A stretch of DNA of 64,000 bases from Gemmatimonadaceae bacterium (GTDB taxonomy: Bacteria; Gemmatimonadota; Gemmatimonadetes; Gemmatimonadales; Gemmatimonadaceae), in assembly GCA_045803545.1 (NCBI GenBank), contig JBJMOW010000004.1, forward strand, positions 800,001 to 864,000, read 5' to 3'. Made by a program: the position numbers and the translations under genes. Under the pieces are notes generated by a model. The model did no database searches and was not told the origin of the DNA. It saw only the letters and a program-made list of their open reading frames with translations. Shown here piece by piece: positions 1 to 9,689 of this stretch (position 1 is its first letter; each line of letters begins with the position of its first letter).

Positions 1-157
1 CCAAGTCCCTGTCTCGGCCGCAGCACGCCAGCGCCCAGCCCCAGCTTTCCGGGTGCAACAATCCCAGCTCTCGCTCCAAATCGCATTGATCCATCGCGTC
101 GGTCCGTGGCTGGAACGTTGTGTCGTTGCTAATGAGTGCCGTCAGCGCGGCATCCAT
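1..157 (-). CDS. ECF-type RNA polymerase sigma factor, 5' part (runs off the left edge; start at 157 or 94)
   Basis: Hand translation of the minus strand gives MDAALTALISNDTTFQPRTDAMDQCDLERELGLLHPESWGWALACCGRDRDL..., resembling the start of region 2 of ECF sigmas; not in the ORF track. Confidence 0.55.
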   Translation of the reverse strand, partial: MDAALTALISNDTTFQPRTDAMDQCDLERELGLLHPESWGWALACCGRDRDL

Positions 158-171
158 ATGACAATGGATCG

Positions 172-1380
172 TTAGATCTTCATTGCCGGTGCGCGGCCGT
201 AGGTGATCGTTCGCCACACCCACTCGACCGGCCCATAGCGGAATCGGGCAAGCCACCACGTGCTCGCGACCATCTGGCTTGCAAACAGGATCAGCGTGAG
301 GAGAAAACACCCAGAGACACCGACGCGGCCGTACCAGCCGAGGCCGTAACTGTAGAAGAGAAGCGTGCACACGATTGACTGGGTGAGGTAGGTCGTCAGC
401 GCCATCCGTCCCGTCGCTGCCAGCGGTCGAAGTACGCGCTCGCCGCGCGGGCGCTGCCAGATCAGGAGTAGGATGCACGCGTACGCGATGGCGGTGCCTT
501 CCGTCGCCCAATCGAAAAACTTCAACACAAACGCCCGCAACATTGCGAATTGGAAGTGGGGATAAGGAAATGGTTGCATGGGGCCGGTCGGGAGCACCGG
601 AGGCCATATCCTCCCAGCGAAGTTCCAGCTCGCGTAGCCGATAGCCGCGGCGACGAGCGACAATGCGAGAAGACGGCGCGTGACACGAGGTTCGTCGATC
701 ACTCGGCGCAAGTACCCGCTCTTGATGGACCAAAGTCCAATCAGGAACGACGCGAGGATGCTCACATATGACGTGAGGCCAAAATTGCGGAGCCAATCGA
801 GGTACTCACCGACGCGAACGCGCTCGATCTGGAGCCATGTGCCGTGACCATAAATCGCCGTCCGCGCGGTCCAGGATAAGCCCGGCACCATGAAGCGCAG
901 TCCTGAGAGGAACATCAGATCTCGAACGATGAGTGGGCCGATGAACCAGAGCAGGGCTGCTGCGATCAGGATCGTTCGCGTGCTTGCAGTCCGGAACATC
1001 ACCAGTGCGAAGGCAACGAGCGCGTAGATGGTGAGGATATCGCCGCTCCAGATCAGCGTGCCGTGTACGATGCCAATAGCTAGGAGTGCGGCCGAACGGC
1101 GGTAGTAGGTGTTGCGCAGATCCGTCGCGAGAGTATCCGCGCGTAAAAGCTGAATACCGAACCCGATGCCGAACAACAGGATCAGCAGAGAATAGAAGCG
1201 GCTTTCCAGCAGCCACTGTTGTGTCCACCACAGGGCGTGATCGAGTGCCGTAACCGATTCATGTTTCGCGTAGTTGTCGTTGAGGTTAGACCACAACACG
1301 CCGAACATCGCCCATCCGCGCAGCAAGTCGAGAGCGCGGATGCGTTCTTGTGGTGCGACAGGTCGCAAGACGTCAGTCAC
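172..1380 (-). CDS. DUF418 (YeiB-like) membrane protein
   Basis: N-terminal RIxxLDxLRG, FYSLxxxLFGxG, WxGDIL, GRMALTxYLxQS and C-terminal FRYGPxEW motifs; multiple TM helices. Confidence 0.9.
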   Translation of the reverse strand: MTDVLRPVAPQERIRALDLLRGWAMFGVLWSNLNDNYAKHESVTALDHALWWTQQWLLESRFYSLLILLFGIGFGIQLLRADTLATDLRNTYYRRSAALLAIGIVHGTLIWSGDILTIYALVAFALVMFRTASTRTILIAAALLWFIGPLIVRDLMFLSGLRFMVPGLSWTARTAIYGHGTWLQIERVRVGEYLDWLRNFGLTSYVSILASFLIGLWSIKSGYLRRVIDEPRVTRRLLALSLVAAAIGYASWNFAGRIWPPVLPTGPMQPFPYPHFQFAMLRAFVLKFFDWATEGTAIAYACILLLIWQRPRGERVLRPLAATGRMALTTYLTQSIVCTLLFYSYGLGWYGRVGVSGCFLLTLILFASQMVASTWWLARFRYGPVEWVWRTITYGRAPAMKI

Positions 1381-1401
1381 GCTCGCGCCTTTTGGAAGCA
1401 G

Positions 1402-2817
1402 TCATGTGCACGATTGCGACTGAAGCCATGCGACCGCGCGATCGATTTGTGGATCGTTCGCCGCGCCAGTAGCTGGAGCTACAATCACTTCGTCTGGAGA
1501 AATCTCCTGACCGTAACGCTTTCCCGTTCGGTCGGTCTCCACTGCCACCGTCAACAGAATCAGCGCCCCGTCCGGCAACTTCATGTCAGTGTTGGACGTC
1601 GAAAGACCGGCCGTCGGCAATCCAAATGAGCGAGTCCGTGGTCTGCCGATGAAAGAAATGGCGACCGCCTCGCCGGAGCTCGCCGTTTTTGGGCCGGTAA
1701 GTACGGCGACATTAGCCGACTCCAGCGCCGCAAGCGAAGCAGGCGGCTTGACGTCAACTTGATCGCGCGCGTGCCAGAGCGGCTTTGTGCTAGTGGGAGA
1801 GACAAAGGAGCCGAGTCCAACTTCTCCGAGGAATGGGCGGAGCCCGCCGAGCATCGGCCACATGTTACCACCGCCGTTGGTGCGGAGATCGACGATCCAC
1901 CTGCAACTCCCGGCGCCATTCGCTACAGCGGCATTCAGCGAGTCATACACCGTTCGCGCATAGGTTTCGGCGGCGGCCTTGTCGACACCGCTGTACGCTG
2001 GAACCGAGATGTAGCCGACTCCACTGGCTTGCACCCGAACGAGCGGTCGCGGATTCTCCGCACCGCCGGTTCTTAACGCTGTCGCGGCTTTTGGCTGCAT
2101 GAGGAAGCTATGATGATCGCCCAGTCGCTTTAGCAGCGCACGGATTGCGGGATATGTCTCGGCAGCCGTTTCCGATCCCGCGGCAATGGTGCGCACATCT
2201 TTCTCGACCGCGCTCCACGTTACAGTATCACGCCACAGCGACGCGCGGCGGACGATCGCGAATGCAGAATCCAGCTCCCGCTGTGCGTCTGGCGCGAGTG
2301 GAGCGTCGGCAGATACCGGTGGCCGGACAGTGATGCGAACATTTCGCGCAGTAGCCTCGCCGGCGCCGGCAAGCAACAATCCGAAGGCGAGTCTGGTCGC
2401 GGAACCCGGCACGTTCATCGTCACGTCGAAGTGGCTTGGGGCCGACGTCGTTCCCTTGATCCCTCGATCCATGCCGTTGTCGAGTACCAGCATTGTTCTA
2501 CCGCTGTCGGCCCGCAGCCATAAGGACGCAGATTGTGAGACTTCTTTCGTCTCGATGTCGGCGGATATCCGGACGCGGCGACCAGCGAGCGTGTCGGCGT
2601 TTATCATGGCAGTGGCTGCACCAAAGCCGCTCACCGCTGGATTCGTCGACTGCAACGAGAGTGTTGCACCGTCCGCGCTCATCGGCGAACCATCGGCAGA
2701 CATAGTGTAGGCCGTTGAAGATCCACTGAGCATCCATCTGAGCGGGATCTGGCCATCCGCGACTTGCGTTGCGGAAAGGATCGGAAGGAGGGAAGAGATG
2801 AGGTGGCGAAATTGCAT
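1402..2817 (-). CDS. S41 family peptidase with signal peptide and extra N-terminal beta-rich domain
   Basis: LGDHHS, IVDLRxNGGG, TASSGE (catalytic Ser) and FGxPTAG motifs; ATG at 2817 begins a Sec-type signal. Confidence 0.9.
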   Translation of the reverse strand: MQFRHLISSLLPILSATQVADGQIPLRWMLSGSSTAYTMSADGSPMSADGATLSLQSTNPAVSGFGAATAMINADTLAGRRVRISADIETKEVSQSASLWLRADSGRTMLVLDNGMDRGIKGTTSAPSHFDVTMNVPGSATRLAFGLLLAGAGEATARNVRITVRPPVSADAPLAPDAQRELDSAFAIVRRASLWRDTVTWSAVEKDVRTIAAGSETAAETYPAIRALLKRLGDHHSFLMQPKAATALRTGGAENPRPLVRVQASGVGYISVPAYSGVDKAAAETYARTVYDSLNAAVANGAGSCRWIVDLRTNGGGNMWPMLGGLRPFLGEVGLGSFVSPTSTKPLWHARDQVDVKPPASLAALESANVAVLTGPKTASSGEAVAISFIGRPRTRSFGLPTAGLSTSNTDMKLPDGALILLTVAVETDRTGKRYGQEISPDEVIVAPATGAANDPQIDRAVAWLQSQSCT

Positions 2818-3003
2818 GGGGGCGGGCTCCAAAAAAGACTCTATTTAATTGGAGTATCCTCGGCCAGAGAGCGTTGAGATTTCGTCCTCGGTGAATGCCC
2901 CTACGTCATCGTGGACATCACGACCCTTACTATAGAAGTGTCATTCGGCTGGATAGCGTGGAAAAACCGCGTGACCGCATTCACGTTCCGCAAACCGCGG
3001 GCG

Positions 3004-3312
3004 TTAACGCAAGATGGATGGCAAGAGGAACACGACCTTGAGGATCAGGAAAAGAAGGGTCATCGCGGAGACACCAAGCAGTAGCATACCACGCTGTCGG
3101 AGCTGCCATCCGCGCGGAGTGTAAAGCGACATTAACCGCGGCCTTAACTCAGGATTGCGAATTTGAGCTCCCCTTGGGGCTAGAGCATTAGAGAGAGATC
3201 GTACTTCCTCGAGGGTGGCTCCCGGAGCCAGGTGCTTCATGGCACGCAGGTTTACCCACATGCTCAATGCGTACGATACACCGGCGAGAATTATGAGTAA
3301 GGCGATGAGCAT
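3004..3312 (-). CDS. Small hypothetical membrane protein (2 TM)
   Basis: 102-aa ORF filling the intergenic gap, hydrophobic at both ends. Confidence 0.6.
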   Translation of the reverse strand: MLIALLIILAGVSYALSMWVNLRAMKHLAPGATLEEVRSLSNALAPRGAQIRNPELRPRLMSLYTPRGWQLRQRGMLLLGVSAMTLLFLILKVVFLLPSILR

Positions 3313-3470
3313 TGGCGCTCGACTTTAAACGGTAATGGGCCAGGCTACAGGCCGCGGTCGGTCATCCAGTCGGCCCGGACAATGAAACCGATTCTGAAAT
3401 CCATTTCTCAGATACAGTGACGGGTTGAAGCACCCCGCGGTCACGCTGGTTGCGCAGGATCAACGAGCTA

Positions 3471-4802
3471 TCAACGGCTATCATTCCGCCGAACTTTCGG
3501 AAAGTGCAGATGTTCGTCGTGCATTGCCCAGGTGCCACCGCTCCAGTCGATCTCGCTGACAGAGCCGGTCGAGTCGGAACGAAATCTCACCTTCGCATAA
3601 TCGGCGAATGAGTAGAACGTGGAATCGTCGAGCGCGAGCAGAAATCTCTCGCCCCAACGCATCAGGCTGGGCGACGCGAACGCGACGCTGTTTATGTCGC
3701 CGCCGCCAGTATCGTAGTCACCGACGAGTCTCTGCTGCGCGGCAGCCGAGAGTGCGACGGCCTTTGGCTGCGGAACCACCGGAGGCCGGACATTCTCTCC
3801 GGCGACGATCCGCGGAATCTGGTGTCGTATGAGATCGGTGGCACCCAGACGCAGGTTGCTGAAATAGATCACCGTCAATGAATCGGCTGGGTACCAGTCG
3901 GCGACGGTGCGGAAACCGTCACCTTCGCCGTTCCAGTGTAGACCGTCAGGCTCCATCAGCGCTGCGCGCGCAGTCGAGCCGTATGCACCGTTCACGAGTC
4001 CGCGTATCACCAGAAAAATGTCGTGCGGCGTCGTGTACACCGAGCCTGCGCCGACGAGGAATGACAGATCCCTGAGTGGTGGGTTGATGAATCCGTCGCG
4101 AACCGGAATCGCACTGCTTGCGCGCCCAGGAAGAATCATCCGACTGTCGATGTGTCTGATCGTCTTCGCGGACACTGGAAGCGCCACGTAATGCTGCAGA
4201 AATTCGTCGTACGTTTGCTTTCCCGCGCGCTCCAGTACCGCGGCCAGAATGGAATAGCCGCCAGAGCTGTAGCTCTCGCTGTCGCCGGGCTGGAACAGCA
4301 ACGGTACGCCGTTGGCGATCTCCACCATTTCCTGCGCGGTACGAGGCATTGCCTGCTCTGAATCCGGCAGCAGCCGGTGCGGCACTCCCGCGCGATGATC
4401 GATCAATTGCTTTACGGTCATCTTGGATCCGTAGACGTAGTTCGGCAGCCACTTCGAAACCGTGTCTCCCCAGGAAAGTTGTTTCTCGTCGCTCAGGCGC
4501 GCGGCGATTATGACCGTCAGCGGCTTGGTAATCGATGCAATGTTCGTCGGCGTACTCGGAGTGAAACGGACGCCGAGCTCATAGTTGGCCAAACCGAACG
4601 ACCGCTCGAGGAGAATGCGATTGCCGCGTGCCACGAGCAGGGTTCCTGAGAGCTCGTGATTCGCGAGCGGAGCTATGTAGTCGTTCACATGGCGAACGAC
4701 CTCCGCATCGGCAAGGCGCGGGCGCTTTGCCTGCGCAAATGCGACCAGCGGAAGAAAAGAAATCGCGAAGCGAACAACCATTTTCATGAGCTTCAACTGC
4801 AT
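3471..4802 (-). CDS. Serine hydrolase, beta-lactamase class C/AmpC-like family, secreted
   Basis: SxxK (IASITK), LxxHxAG, FxPG..YSSGGY motifs; signal peptide; GGAG before ATG 4802. Confidence 0.9.
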   Translation of the reverse strand: MQLKLMKMVVRFAISFLPLVAFAQAKRPRLADAEVVRHVNDYIAPLANHELSGTLLVARGNRILLERSFGLANYELGVRFTPSTPTNIASITKPLTVIIAARLSDEKQLSWGDTVSKWLPNYVYGSKMTVKQLIDHRAGVPHRLLPDSEQAMPRTAQEMVEIANGVPLLFQPGDSESYSSGGYSILAAVLERAGKQTYDEFLQHYVALPVSAKTIRHIDSRMILPGRASSAIPVRDGFINPPLRDLSFLVGAGSVYTTPHDIFLVIRGLVNGAYGSTARAALMEPDGLHWNGEGDGFRTVADWYPADSLTVIYFSNLRLGATDLIRHQIPRIVAGENVRPPVVPQPKAVALSAAAQQRLVGDYDTGGGDINSVAFASPSLMRWGERFLLALDDSTFYSFADYAKVRFRSDSTGSVSEIDWSGGTWAMHDEHLHFPKVRRNDSR

Positions 4803-4822
4803 GACCACTCCAGCCTCAGGGG

Positions 4823-4838
4823 TGCTGAAATATCAGCA
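4823..4838. promoter_or_regulatory. Palindrome TGCTGA-AATA-TCAGCA in a divergent intergenic region, possible operator
   Basis: Perfect 6-bp arms about 20 bp upstream of the serine hydrolase start. Confidence 0.3.
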
Positions 4839-4984
4839 TAGCCGAGCGGAATGCAAGCGGGAAGCTTGTGAACGCTCCGTAAAATCGTTGGGAGCATCAA
4901 CCTGCGGTGTCACCGAGATAAAGCGCAAGCAAAGATGCTTGTCGGTCAGGGAAGAGGTCCGACGATTAGGCGTGCGTTGCTCCC

Positions 4985-6829
4985 ATGAGCGCAGGGCGTC
5001 ACATCATCGTGATACCAGACATCCCGCCAACGACCCGGCGCGTTCTAATCCTCATCGGCGCCTTGGCTCTTTCGCTCTCAAATGTCGCAAGCGGACAGGA
5101 GCGCGCCCCTCGCATCCGTACTTTTGACGCGGTGCTCACAGTTCATGTCGACGGATCTGTCGATGTCGTAGAGGAGCTGACGGTCCGGTTGGCGGGCGAA
5201 TCGAATGAATTTGTCCGCGACCTCTCGCTGCGCGATGATGCAGCGCCAAAAGGGCCGACGAAACTCGATGTCAGAGTTCTTGCCGTCACTGATGAAGACG
5301 GAGAGCCACTCAGCGTAGAAGAGAAGAGCATCGACAACGGCTGGACGCGCAGACTCGTCATCCGGGTTCCAGACGTTGTCGACGCGGACCGGCATATCGC
5401 GATCCGCTACGAGGTCGTCAACGACGTTCAGTTCATCAACGCGGGCAAAAAACCTGGCGCGCTCGATGAAGTGCGCTGGAAGGTGATCGGCAATGCGGAC
5501 ATGCCGACCGACAGCTTGCACGCGCGAGTGGTGCTCCCCGCGGGCGCCAGACCAAGCCGCGCCGCCGCCTATACCGGGCCCGGTGAATCCGTAGTCACCA
5601 ATGCGACACCACGAACTAACCGAAACGAAGTCAGCTTCGCTCTCACGAGCGGGCTCGCACCACACCAGGCAATCACGCTGAGCGTCGGCTTTCCTGTCGG
5701 ATACATTCACCGCCAGCCGTCGCTGTGGGCTCGCCTCTTACCGATGTTGTCCTGGTGGCCGCTGCTGATACCGTTGATCGTGTTCGCCTTCGCGTTCCGG
5801 CTGTGGGATAAGAGGGGGCGAGATCCGAAGGAAAATTCCCAGGTCGTCCGTTACGAGCCGGTCGACGGCATTTCACCAGCCGGACTCGGCAAGTTGGTGA
5901 GCAACGAGCTGGAGCCTCCGATGAGGCTCTTCGCCGCAACGCTGGTCGATTTGGCCATACGCGGTTTTCTCCGCATCGAGGAGACGACCCCGAGCATTCT
6001 GGTGACGTTGACCAGGGACGTCACCGCCCTAGCCCAAAGCATGCTGCACGGCGACAGCGGGAGCGTCGATTACCTAATTCACTTTGCGCGACCACGCTCA
6101 GAGTGGAAAGGTCTCAAGTTGCACGAGGTGCGTTTGCTCGACGGGGTCATCAACGCCGCGCCCAGCGCCGCGGGTATCATGGGTGACAGCGTGAGAGTCT
6201 CGAGTCTGTCGAACAAATTCTACGTTTCAGTTCCGGAAATAGTCGAAGCGATGGAATTCGAGCTCGTCGCTAAAGGCTACTACCGCACCCGCCCCGGCAA
6301 AGTGAACCTGAGATGGATTACGTACGCGAGTTTCCCACTTGTGGTGGCTGCGTTCGTGGGTTGGTTCTTTAATGGAATCCTGGACGCGGCTTGGGTGTGG
6401 ATCTTCGACGAGCCACCCGTGAATGGGTCGCTCCCGGTCTCCGACTACAAATTCCTCTTCGCCATGCTCCTCAGCACGGTGATTCTGATCGGCTTCGCGT
6501 TCATCATGCCCAGCCGCAGCGTCGCCGGCGCCCGTGCCCGCGAAGCCACGCTCGGCTTCAAGGAATTCCTCAGCCGCGTCGACACAATGCCTTCAGTCGA
6601 GTTGTTCGAAAGCTACCTGCCCTACGCGATTGCGTTCGGGGTCGAGAGATCGTGGGCGCGCGCTTTCGAGAACATTTACGTCACGCCACCGAGCTGGTAC
6701 TCGGGGCCAATGGGAGAATTCAGCTCGAAGACCTTCGGGCACAGGATCAGTGACTTGTGCATCTCCGTGGCGAGCAGCATGTCGACGCGCCCCTCGGACT
6801 TTGACGACTCGGTACTACTGCCTGTCTAG
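4985..6829 (+). CDS. DUF2207 family membrane protein
   Basis: N-terminal DGSVDVVEE beta domain, TM helices, ATLVDLAxRG and FExYLPYAIAFGV..WA..F motifs. Confidence 0.85.
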   Translation: MSAGRHIIVIPDIPPTTRRVLILIGALALSLSNVASGQERAPRIRTFDAVLTVHVDGSVDVVEELTVRLAGESNEFVRDLSLRDDAAPKGPTKLDVRVLAVTDEDGEPLSVEEKSIDNGWTRRLVIRVPDVVDADRHIAIRYEVVNDVQFINAGKKPGALDEVRWKVIGNADMPTDSLHARVVLPAGARPSRAAAYTGPGESVVTNATPRTNRNEVSFALTSGLAPHQAITLSVGFPVGYIHRQPSLWARLLPMLSWWPLLIPLIVFAFAFRLWDKRGRDPKENSQVVRYEPVDGISPAGLGKLVSNELEPPMRLFAATLVDLAIRGFLRIEETTPSILVTLTRDVTALAQSMLHGDSGSVDYLIHFARPRSEWKGLKLHEVRLLDGVINAAPSAAGIMGDSVRVSSLSNKFYVSVPEIVEAMEFELVAKGYYRTRPGKVNLRWITYASFPLVVAAFVGWFFNGILDAAWVWIFDEPPVNGSLPVSDYKFLFAMLLSTVILIGFAFIMPSRSVAGARAREATLGFKEFLSRVDTMPSVELFESYLPYAIAFGVERSWARAFENIYVTPPSWYSGPMGEFSSKTFGHRISDLCISVASSMSTRPSDFDDSVLLPV

Positions 6830-7353
6830 AACGCGCCCCACGCCTGCTTGCCAGGGATGTAGTAACTCGGGCAGATGAACTTGAAGGCATTGGCGATCCT
6901 TTGGGCGCTCGCCACCTTGGCCTTGTCCTTCTCGAGGATCCCTGAGATCTGCTGATCGAACATCTCGCCGTAGTACGCTTTCGCGGCGGCGTGCCGGTCG
7001 GCATCGCTCTTATAGTCACTCCTGATCTCAGCCAGCTCACCCGGGTCGAGGAAGATGCCTTCGCATTTGGGGCATTCATCGACCGTAACGTCGCGCTTCA
7101 CGCTCCAGAAATGACGCATCATCACGATCTCTGGATCTCGCGGGCATTTGTAGCGTTTGTTCCGATCGACTTTGATCTTTGGGTTTTGCTCGATGTTCAA
7201 AAGCGCCTCGCCGGCCGCCTCGCTGGCCTCGTCGACCTTGCGAAGCGCCCATTCGTCGAACCAGAGTGCGCCGCAGCCGCCTTTGCAGGTTTGAACCTTC
7301 ACGTCGCCCGCCGTTACTTCTGTCATCGCCGTGCCGCAGGCCGGACAATTCAT
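6826..7353 (-). CDS. Tandem zf-TFIIB-like zinc-ribbon protein
   Basis: MNCPAC...CxGGCGALWFD and CPRD...DECPKCEGIFLDPGEL repeats; GAGG-type RBS before ATG 7353. Confidence 0.85.
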   Translation of the reverse strand: MNCPACGTAMTEVTAGDVKVQTCKGGCGALWFDEWALRKVDEASEAAGEALLNIEQNPKIKVDRNKRYKCPRDPEIVMMRHFWSVKRDVTVDECPKCEGIFLDPGELAEIRSDYKSDADRHAAAKAYYGEMFDQQISGILEKDKAKVASAQRIANAFKFICPSYYIPGKQAWGAF

Positions 7354-7420
7354 CGAGTCTTCCTCTAATCGTTGTATGGAGAAAGACGTTGGCGGCAAGC
7401 CGTGCGCAACAAACAGCGTG

Positions 7421-8926
7421 CTAGTGTGCCGACACGGTCCGACCACGCGACCAGTCACGCAAAGCCTGAATGCGCTCCTGCATCGTCGATGAGAGTGGAC
7501 GCGTCCGGGCGATCTCCGTGCTCAGGTCTTCCATGCACAGGGTGCGGCCGGCTGCGAACACCGCGTAGAGCGAGGATACCACGACCTGCTCGATCTCAGC
7601 TCCGCTGAAACCCTCAGTGGCCGCCGCCAGCGTGGCGAGATCGAAGCCGGCAATCGCTTGCTTTCGGCGTTCCAGGTGCAGCCGAAAGATCGACTCGCGA
7701 ACATCGGCTTCGGGAAGGTCCACAAAAAATATTTCGTCGAAGCGACCTTTCCGCACCAGCTCGGGGGGTAGTCTCCCGATGTCGTTTGCCGTCGCGACCA
7801 CGAATACATCGCCGCGGCGCTCCTGCAGCCAGGAGAGAAACGTTCCCAGAATGCGGACCGACACGCCGCCATCGTTGTCGGTGCCCGCGAAAAACGCCTT
7901 TTCGATCTCGTCGATCCACAACACCGCCGGCGCCGCACGCTCGGCGGAATGGATCGCCGCCAGAAACCGTTTCTCGCTTTCACCGACAAACTTGTCGTAG
8001 ATACCAGACGTGTCGAGCTTGAGTAGTGGCAGTTGCCAGTCCGCGGCAACCGCCTTCGCGCACATACTCTTGCCGCAGCCGGGAACACCCACGAGCAGCA
8101 TCCCCCTCGGGAATGGCAATCCCGCCTCGGCCGCTTTGGACGGCGCGGCGATGACTGCCTTGCGCGTATCGAGCCAGGCTTTCAGCGAAGATAGATCAGC
8201 GATGTCGGCGAGCTTCACCTCAATGGGACAGAACTCGAGCAGGCCCGCCGCCTTCATGTCGGCGTTTTTCGCCGCGACCACCTGCGCGATGTCCTGCACG
8301 CTGAGAATACCGTCGTCGACGATGACGCGCGTGAGGACGCGCTCCGCTTCCGACAGCGTGAAGCCGCCCAGCGCAGCGATCAGGCGCTCCCCCTCGGCCT
8401 GAGTCAGCTCGGCGCGGACCGGAATGCGGTCGTGAAGGTGCATCACCACTCGCTTGATGACTGCGAAGTAATCGGCTCGCCCCGGAGGCGGAAGCGTGAC
8501 CAACGCTGCCAACTTTCGAAGTGACTCGGGCAAACTCTCGACGCTGTCGAGGACGATGATTGCCGCGTCCAGGCCATCGAGACCGGTGATCGCATCCTTC
8601 AGATACTGCGCGCGGGTTGCGTCGGCCAGATCGGCGCCGAGTCCTTCGAACACGAATATCGCCGGGATGCGCGCCATTTCGACGTAGGCCAGAGCACCGA
8701 CGAGATCAGCAGTCGAGGCGACCGGCGGACCTCCATTCTTGCGCACCAGTCCTTTGGTGCGCGTCCAAAAGAACAGCGGTATCCCGAGTTGCGCAGCTGC
8801 AGCGGCAACTGCTTCGTGTGCCTGGGTCGGGTCATCGGCGTCGAGGGCGACCAGGCCAAGGCGTGACCGAACGAGCACGACGAGCTCGTTGACCGGATCG
8901 GGTTTGACGCTGGCGACTTGTGTCAT
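7421..8926 (-). CDS. Ycf46-like AAA+ ATPase
   Basis: Walker A GVPGCGKS, Walker B VLWIDEIEK, ATAN...LPPELxRKGRFDEIFFVDLP, C-terminal LRDW..R...A; degenerate N-terminal AAA-like domain. Confidence 0.9.
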   Translation of the reverse strand: MTQVASVKPDPVNELVVLVRSRLGLVALDADDPTQAHEAVAAAAAQLGIPLFFWTRTKGLVRKNGGPPVASTADLVGALAYVEMARIPAIFVFEGLGADLADATRAQYLKDAITGLDGLDAAIIVLDSVESLPESLRKLAALVTLPPPGRADYFAVIKRVVMHLHDRIPVRAELTQAEGERLIAALGGFTLSEAERVLTRVIVDDGILSVQDIAQVVAAKNADMKAAGLLEFCPIEVKLADIADLSSLKAWLDTRKAVIAAPSKAAEAGLPFPRGMLLVGVPGCGKSMCAKAVAADWQLPLLKLDTSGIYDKFVGESEKRFLAAIHSAERAAPAVLWIDEIEKAFFAGTDNDGGVSVRILGTFLSWLQERRGDVFVVATANDIGRLPPELVRKGRFDEIFFVDLPEADVRESIFRLHLERRKQAIAGFDLATLAAATEGFSGAEIEQVVVSSLYAVFAAGRTLCMEDLSTEIARTRPLSSTMQERIQALRDWSRGRTVSAH

Positions 8927-8951
8927 GAGAGAAGGGTGATCGGGAGTCAGG

Positions 8952-9689
8952 CTATGGGAAGGACGACGGCGGCGCCGGCTCCGGAACGTGCGTGCGTCGA
9001 AAATACTCGCACCCAACACTGTCGCCGCGGTCCAATCGCGTCGAGTCAATCACAACCGAGTCCGATGCGGTGTAAGCACGAGCGTAGAGACGGCGGCAGC
9101 GCGCCCAGGCATTAGCCTGGACCTGTCGCCCGCCGAAGTACACCATCGCGATAATTCCCGCGATCATCACAGCGCATATCCCGATATACAGGGCGTTGCC
9201 AGCTCGTGAGAGATCACGAGATACTGGTCCTACTTCGGCGGGATCGAGTAGTTGCTTTTTGCACCCGGGGCACTTTCCAGTCTCGAGGACCAGATCCTGG
9301 ACCAGATACTCAACTCGGCCGCGTGTGTAGACGCTTGTCAGATCTATTCCGCACGCGGGGCAGACGAGACCGCTGCGACGCGCCAGACGGCTCCCACGCA
9401 CTGCGAATGTGAGCAACAAACCCATCGCTACGACGGGCAATATCGCCCGGTAGGTGATGAGCGCTCCGTGCTGGAGGCTCGGCACCAGTCGAGAGATCGC
9501 AACCAAAGACGGAACCCCGACGACCACGATCACTATCACGATCGCGATGCCCTTCTCGAACTGTCTCTGGGCGATTCCGGCCTTTGCGGCAAAATCGCCG
9601 CGGCGGAACGGTGCTTTGGTATGGAGCTCGCGCGTGTCGTCACGCGGGATCTTGAGCTCTGAAGCGGAAAGCTTGGCCAGGCGGCGCAC
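8952..9689 (-). CDS. Hypothetical membrane protein with internal zinc ribbon (CPAC...CPGC)
   Basis: 3 TM segments and two CxxC motifs; open frame extends 25 codons upstream to 9764. Confidence 0.7.
   Translation of the reverse strand: MRRLAKLSASELKIPRDDTRELHTKAPFRRGDFAAKAGIAQRQFEKGIAIVIVIVVVGVPSLVAISRLVPSLQHGALITYRAILPVVAMGLLLTFAVRGSRLARRSGLVCPACGIDLTSVYTRGRVEYLVQDLVLETGKCPGCKKQLLDPAEVGPVSRDLSRAGNALYIGICAVMIAGIIAMVYFGGRQVQANAWARCRRLYARAYTASDSVVIDSTRLDRGDSVGCEYFRRTHVPEPAPPSSFP

Noticed and set aside
2969..3446. 10-bp inverted repeat GCGTGACCGC flanking the 102-aa gene
   Set aside because: Short and GC-rich, with no target-site duplication or transposase; compatible with chance
3471..4802. 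Calling the serine hydrolase, or the MBL-fold gene at 29146, an antibiotic-resistance beta-lactamase
   Set aside because: Only superfamily-level motifs are visible; most members are peptidases or esterases of other specificity
165..4808. Integron-like cassette array (co-oriented minus-strand genes; the DUF418 stop lies in ATCTAAC, matching RYYYAAC)
   Set aside because: No matching GTTRRRY with attC-like internal symmetry downstream, and no integrase
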